DNA of 12,834 nucleotides from Candidatus Thorarchaeota archaeon SMTZ1-45 (lineage in GTDB: Archaea > Asgardarchaeota > Thorarchaeia > Thorarchaeales > Thorarchaeaceae). A program made the translations under genes and the position numbers. Shown piece after piece: positions 9,201-12,834 of the stretch (position 1 is its first letter; every line of letters starts with the position of its first letter). Below the pieces are notes generated by a model, which was not told the DNA's origin, made no database searches, and worked only from the letters and a program-made list of their open reading frames with translations. The DNA lies in the NCBI GenBank assembly GCA_001563335.1, contig LRSL01000096.1, positions 1 to 12,834 on the forward strand. Reading direction: 5' to 3'.

Positions 9201-10790
9201 ATCACTCTGGATTTAGATCCGGGAGATTATACAATCTATGTGTCAGCCTTTGCGGAGTATGCTGCGTATGCAACCAATCAAGCCGCATTCACAGTTAATG
9301 CGAAAGAGTATGTGTATCTTGAGGTGACCTTTGATGGAAACCTAATTGCTGGTCAGTTCATGGAAATCATTGCTACCCTGAGATCTAATAATACAGGTAA
9401 TCCCGCAATACCAGGTGAAACGATACGATTCGAGGTTTCTGTGTATTTTGAGAATGGTACAGTTCTACATTATACAGGTCCAACAATGATAGACTCCACC
9501 AATACAGAAGGTGTTGCATCGGTCGGTTTTGAAGTACCATTTGGAAATGTCGATAGACTCACTGCTCGTGCCATCTATGATGGTAGCAGAACTAGATGGG
9601 GAACAGAAAGAACTGAGGTAGCAGGCGTTGAAGTCAGTCTGCTCTCCCTTCTATTAGCGTTCTTTACGAGTGGTGTAGGTCTCATGATAGTAATCTCTAT
9701 GGCTCTTCTAGGCATAGTGGCAACGGGATACAACAAAGCAGTGAAGCCTAGGAAAAGAGCAGCTAGACTCAGCCTTGAGAACCAGCTTCAGATGTTCAAA
9801 GATCTTGAAACAGTACAACACTTTATGGCAGTATATCTTGACCGAGGGACCTGTGTATTCTATCATCCATTCACTGAGGATAGGATCCAACCAGATCTGA
9901 TCAGTGGATTTATCGCTGCAATCACAAGTGTGTATGGTGAGATTAAGGGAGATGGAGTCAGAGGAACCCTTGAAGAGATTCAATATCATGGATTACGCCT
10001 TAACAGTTACAGTGGTCAATACATCATTGGCATACTTATTTTGGAGGGTGAGATGACACCACTCCTGAGGGAGCGACTCCAGTTCTTCGTAGAGTTATTT
10101 GAGAACCAGTATGATCAGGACCTTGACGGTTGGACAGGGCTTATTGATTGTTTTGACCCTGAATGGGTAGTTTCTACATTGAACTCAGCCTTCAATTATG
10201 CATGGCATCTTCCACACAGATTTGGACCTACACAGAAAGTGTCTAAGACTGATGCTAGGATGCTGGACTATATCAGTGCAGTTAGAGATGACAAAAATGA
10301 GTTCTATATCAAGGATATAATATCACCATTGGCTGAAATGTTGGAGAAGACAGAACCAGAAGTTTTGGATAGATTACTCCTGTTACAAGATCGAGGAGTT
10401 ATAGTACCGATAGGTGTTCAAACCATTCTTCAACGCCAAGGATTGGCTCTGGTGGATGGCTCAGAGCAGCCTATGCTTGAACCGTCACAAATTGTGCGAG
10501 AAGAAAAAGTCGAGGATCAGATTGAGCCTGAAAAAGCAACACCAGAACATGCTGAAGAACTCGAGTTCGAGGAAATAAAAGAGGAAGTAACTATCGAACC
10601 TCAAGAGGAAGAAGTGGCTGAACCAGAACCTCAGATCGACCCGATGGATGCTTTTGTTCAAGATGTTGAATCACTTCTTGTTGAAAAGGCGAAAGAGGAG
10701 AAGAAAGAGAAGAAAAAGGACGACGAGTTGGATCAATTTGTGAAAGAGCTGAGAGCAAAGATAGGAGAAGATGAGGAAACAGAAGACTAG
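6213..10790 (+). CDS. Large single-pass cell-surface glycoprotein with cytoplasmic longin-like domain, wHTH-like domain and acidic tail
   Basis: Signal peptide MRRVIISIILILSLLSVSS, then a sequon-rich beta ectodomain with modules homologous to ORF1. TM region LLSLLLAFFTSGVGLMIVISMALLGIVATGY is followed by the basic KAVKPRKR. Next is VQHFMAVYLDRGTCVF...IQPDLISGFIAAITSVYGEI...LEEIQYHGLRL...GQYIIGILIL...LRERLQFFVELFE (longin-like beta-beta-alpha-beta-beta-beta-alpha-alpha). A wHTH-like segment and an E/D-rich tail follow. Confidence 0.9.
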   Translation: MRRVIISIILILSLLSVSSTRVSTPLSTSSSSTLDYTPTNSVLMSQITHSGSSVPVNQYLNRLFSEQVLTISNSYALPDIHENTIDLSSYQIPGWTLYKVILDYDNITAIEEREVVGSNSTTSASIAYAIYEHDIDLYYDQLAQGFYNMGHDGQLQNVSILYMSPTYDPANHNYAYIDIRSDYQDGSTNMVSSVQLENVGLSATWANITEPVILDSSTTYYVVMNGSLLIEFLTFYPDIRWYYENVAESFLTRRHNTDGDTWGSDRPFEAILNYTYVPWNKTSNSALVYSYPADVSLMLNGTPVSGSSWSISSGTNITSLQISSDQSVNVVYNLTLCYTQDISANSLWKASTSGAPILWNVTTDLSYPAVSNIVAQFMNITNIPLDWTETGLYLGTSPAGSYVKSGTVVTCTGLSDGTWTFTSTAPNYAVDLALYDSSDDSLIIYKVANLVIMDVNATIEDGVGTPMTDGTTNLSILQLTNLIYSPLEKPASNGAVSFSWDISSTTDGNSTHSVEVYWISTDELEAGYITQNVFVYHSTTLVADDLSISDFTEDSFTIGINFDKISPAQGLDDTLADVTYSFGSTINASLTDAGGGRWTQIIDTTGMSNGVHLLTVYAEGYALENHSLVITVDLAHQTQALNWSWSNTDNITYTNSTNLSISYIMQDGTTRISGATVNITIEGVPHDMTWDGLTGTYWIELTGENFTGVGTFSLDVIAWKVGYEPQTSEINITVRSETTGLFFDVEYNPTDLNISYIESLFIQVTYNFNSIPINSSTLVRVTFNGSTPVELIFNPVSSKWETTLLGIDYLGAWNILVRATSVGFDAMNDTAVFSVYEDIPILSSSWSGDVETTDYATNAPLIITLTDSSGTPITDANVSFTAFGTPYLLLTGPGGLYSFNIDPTETRGVETFIVYVVREGFVSSQISLNLTVEATTSLQFHNLLSSEYEQWNLTIEVRYMDTFYSSAIENATVIVNLDGVDYILQYSSAAEVYTIEITLDLDPGDYTIYVSAFAEYAAYATNQAAFTVNAKEYVYLEVTFDGNLIAGQFMEIIATLRSNNTGNPAIPGETIRFEVSVYFENGTVLHYTGPTMIDSTNTEGVASVGFEVPFGNVDRLTARAIYDGSRTRWGTERTEVAGVEVSLLSLLLAFFTSGVGLMIVISMALLGIVATGYNKAVKPRKRAARLSLENQLQMFKDLETVQHFMAVYLDRGTCVFYHPFTEDRIQPDLISGFIAAITSVYGEIKGDGVRGTLEEIQYHGLRLNSYSGQYIIGILILEGEMTPLLRERLQFFVELFENQYDQDLDGWTGLIDCFDPEWVVSTLNSAFNYAWHLPHRFGPTQKVSKTDARMLDYISAVRDDKNEFYIKDIISPLAEMLEKTEPEVLDRLLLLQDRGVIVPIGVQTILQRQGLALVDGSEQPMLEPSQIVREEKVEDQIEPEKATPEHAEELEFEEIKEEVTIEPQEEEVAEPEPQIDPMDAFVQDVESLLVEKAKEEKKEKKKDDELDQFVKELRAKIGEDEETED

Positions 10791-10863
10791 CTTCTACAAA
10801 GTGATGGCTTTCAAGCCAAGAACACTTATGTACATCACATAATGGACTCAGGTTGTGTATAGA

Positions 10864-11175
10864 ATGCCTTGGGACATCATTAGCTATAACATAGTCGATA
10901 ATCGCATCTTACATGTGGAAATTACCACTCCATTGATTGAATTCATGTATCTCAAGATTGATGATGTTAAGAAGGCCTGGGTGAAATTCCTGGGACAGTT
11001 TATTACAGACCAACCAGGCATTGACATGTCGTGGGAAATGGAGCCTCGAGATGATAACGCATTAGTGACCATTAAAATAGCAAAGATAGGGGATTTGCCT
11101 GAATTCAGTGCTGCAGAAGCCAAAAGTGCGATTGATGCTATTGATGCAGTTGATGGGTTACTTGAAGACTCATAG
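10864..11175 (+). CDS. Small hypothetical alpha/beta protein (~103 aa)
   Basis: Clean ORF filling the gap between ORF2 and the LarA-like gene, with a plausible globular composition. ATG at 10864 is preferred, and GTG at 10855 is an alternative. No family recognised. Confidence 0.7.
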   Translation: MPWDIISYNIVDNRILHVEITTPLIEFMYLKIDDVKKAWVKFLGQFITDQPGIDMSWEMEPRDDNALVTIKIAKIGDLPEFSAAEAKSAIDAIDAVDGLLEDS

Positions 11176-11176
11176 T

Positions 11177-12436
11177 CTAATTCCTAGATAACCTTGGAGT
11201 AGTCCTTATTCCATCATTCAAAATCGCCACCTTCCTACTAGATGCAAGCATGCTGTGAGCAACTTCAAAACCTTCTCTTGGATGACTCACAGCAGTACAG
11301 TGCAGTCGCTCTTCCACAAGTGAATTGCGAAGTTTACTACAGAGTATAATGTTTCGGGAACTCAAAATTTCCCAGAAGAATCGAGCTTTTTCCATTCCAA
11401 ATTCAAAATTTGTTTCAGAGGTGGCGATAAGGTCTTCTGCAGATGAGAATTCTGACATTCCATGCAGGAACCCCTTAGGTCCAACATCATCACTACACTC
11501 AGCCACAAGTACAATAAATCCTCCTTGCTCAGTAACCTCGAATGCGGAATAAAGGCAATCTATTGCATCATAAAGCGTTGAATCGTAGGGATGACCACCA
11601 GCACTAACTATTGCTATATCAGCCCGTCTGGTAAAGTCAGCCTTTGCTAGACTAGATGCTGCGTCTACTCCGTGCATCCAAGAGGTAAGGGGATTTCCAG
11701 CTACAAGGTGAGCAAGATTTCCATCCCAATCTGATACAGCATTGACAATAAAGTCTAAACCAGCGAGCTGTGATGTTTCTAGCATATCTACGCAGGATGG
11801 AGTTTCCATTTCAAAGGGACCAATGCGTCCTGACACTCGCAGCTTAGCATTACGACGGATTGTTCTGCTTCCTGAAACACTTGGAATCACAGACATGCGA
11901 CCACCAGTTGCTCCATAAAACAAATCAGGCCGAATCTCCCCCAAACCAATCTTAAGATCTGCACAAAGATAGCCTTCGTTTATGTGGACTGGTGTAGAGT
12001 GACTTGGAGTTTCGCCTAGGAATTTGAGAGATGATTTGTTCTTAGGGTTGTGAAGAAGGAGCAAGTGTCCTCTGGATTCAGGATTTCCCAAGTAGTCATC
12101 AACTTCAGTCTTTGAGATTCTCTCATTAATAGGATAGATAATCGAAACATTATCTGGATTGAACGCGAAGGTTTCTACGCTATTGAGGAGTGAGTGCAGA
12201 AGCTCCTCCATAAGCTCAAGGTGCTCAATCCGGTTTATAACGATAGCAATTGAGTCAACCTCTGATAGTCTTCTGGAGAATGGCTGAGAGTCTATTGGTG
12301 ATTCGATAACTCTAAGCAATTCAGATGAAACATTCGGGAGCTTGGTTACTGTCTTAGGGACAACCTGCTCAATGGTAAAATTATCACTCAAATCGAGTGG
12401 AAGAAAGCCCTCTCCATATCGCAGGTCGACTCTCAT
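11177..12436 (-). CDS. larA: LarA (nickel-pincer lactate racemase, DUF2088) family protein with degenerate active site
   Basis: N-terminal MRVDLRYGEG, plus FLGETPSHSTPVHINE, ADLKIGLGEIRP, GGRMSVIPSVS, LDFIVNAV, ADIAIVSAGGHPYDSTLY and GGFIVLVAECSDDVG, all match the LarA family scaffold. The length of 419 aa is typical. Catalytic residues are substituted (see findings), so lactate racemase activity is doubtful. Confidence 0.85.
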   Translation of the reverse strand: MRVDLRYGEGFLPLDLSDNFTIEQVVPKTVTKLPNVSSELLRVIESPIDSQPFSRRLSEVDSIAIVINRIEHLELMEELLHSLLNSVETFAFNPDNVSIIYPINERISKTEVDDYLGNPESRGHLLLLHNPKNKSSLKFLGETPSHSTPVHINEGYLCADLKIGLGEIRPDLFYGATGGRMSVIPSVSGSRTIRRNAKLRVSGRIGPFEMETPSCVDMLETSQLAGLDFIVNAVSDWDGNLAHLVAGNPLTSWMHGVDAASSLAKADFTRRADIAIVSAGGHPYDSTLYDAIDCLYSAFEVTEQGGFIVLVAECSDDVGPKGFLHGMSEFSSAEDLIATSETNFEFGMEKARFFWEILSSRNIILCSKLRNSLVEERLHCTAVSHPREGFEVAHSMLASSRKVAILNDGIRTTPRLSRN

Positions 12437-12547
12437 TCAGGTCATCCTATTTTCATTTATTCGATTTACCTCTTAAAGTTACCATCCTTCATTAAGTAAT
12501 GTTCTTATCTCGATTAAATGAGGGTCGAGTCAATGGGTTGGTAGCAG
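12437..12547. promoter_or_regulatory. Divergent promoter region between the larA-like and DedA-like genes
   Basis: 111-bp AT-rich gap between divergent starts. TATA-like TTTAAG on the minus strand at ~12472-12477, about 40 nt upstream of 12436. TTAAAT on the plus strand at 12514-12519, about 30 nt upstream of 12548. Confidence 0.4.
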
Positions 12548-12834
12548 ATGAGGAATGCAGACAGATTGCTACTATTGTCAGTGGCCGTTCTTCTTGTCTA
12601 TTTGATTCTAAGTTTGTTATTTCCGGATATAATAAGTCCATTCGGAGTGATCTATAATTGGCTATTAGACATCTCCCTATTGCTTGGGTACCTAGGAGCG
12701 TTCTTCATATCAATAATAGGAAATGCTACAATACTATTTCCTTTCCCTTATGTTGGAGTGGCTTTCATACTTGGAGGTCTAAGGAATGAAGTAACAATGA
12801 ACTTCGTTTTTAATCCTTGGCTAGTTGGTGCAGT
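12548..12834 (+). CDS. DedA / VTT-domain (SNARE-associated Golgi protein-like) membrane protein, 3'-partial
   Basis: Not in the ORF track because it runs off the window. My translation is MRNADRLLLLSVAVLLVYLILSLLFPDIISPFGVIYNWLLDISLLLGYLGAFFISIIGNATILFPFPYVGVAFILGG...FNPWLVGA. GYLGAF.IS.IGNATI.FP.PY followed by NPWLVG matches the archaeal DedA re-entrant helix pattern. There is an in-frame TAG just upstream, at 12542. Confidence 0.75.
   Translation, partial: MRNADRLLLLSVAVLLVYLILSLLFPDIISPFGVIYNWLLDISLLLGYLGAFFISIIGNATILFPFPYVGVAFILGGLRNEVTMNFVFNPWLVGA

Noticed and set aside
10690-10720. Purine-rich GAAAGAGGAGAAGAAAGAGAAGAAAAAGG tract as an SSR or regulatory element
   Set aside because: It is explained by Lys/Glu codons (KEEKKEKKK) in the ORF2 tail.
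6436-11552. Alternative-frame or antisense ORFs inside ORF2, the small gene and the larA-like gene
   Set aside because: They are shadows of better-supported genes.
12533-12544. ATG at 12533 as start of the last gene
   Set aside because: It reads ATG GGT TGG TAG and stops after three codons. The in-frame ATG at 12548 opens the DedA-like ORF. There is no evidence for readthrough.

Overview
Archaeal-looking region, most consistent with an Asgard archaeon such as Thorarchaeota. This is an inference from protein architecture, as no marker gene is present. Two giant, co-oriented, single-pass cell-surface glycoprotein genes fill about 80% of the window. ORF1 (<1..5879, 5'-truncated, at least 1958 aa) has at least 10 tandem 101-aa repeats at a 303-bp period, a TM helix and a cytoplasmic winged-HTH. 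ORF2 (6213..10790) has a signal peptide, a related beta-rich stalk, a TM helix, and a cytoplasmic longin-like domain, wHTH-like domain and acidic tail. The two share homologous stalk modules but have different cytoplasmic outputs, suggesting a modular family of receptor-like surface proteins. Downstream are a small hypothetical gene, a convergent LarA (lactate racemase)-fold gene in which essentially all catalytic and nickel-pincer-binding residues are replaced (candidate pseudoenzyme), and the 5' part of a divergent DedA/VTT-family membrane protein. No RNA genes, CRISPR arrays or mobile elements were seen.
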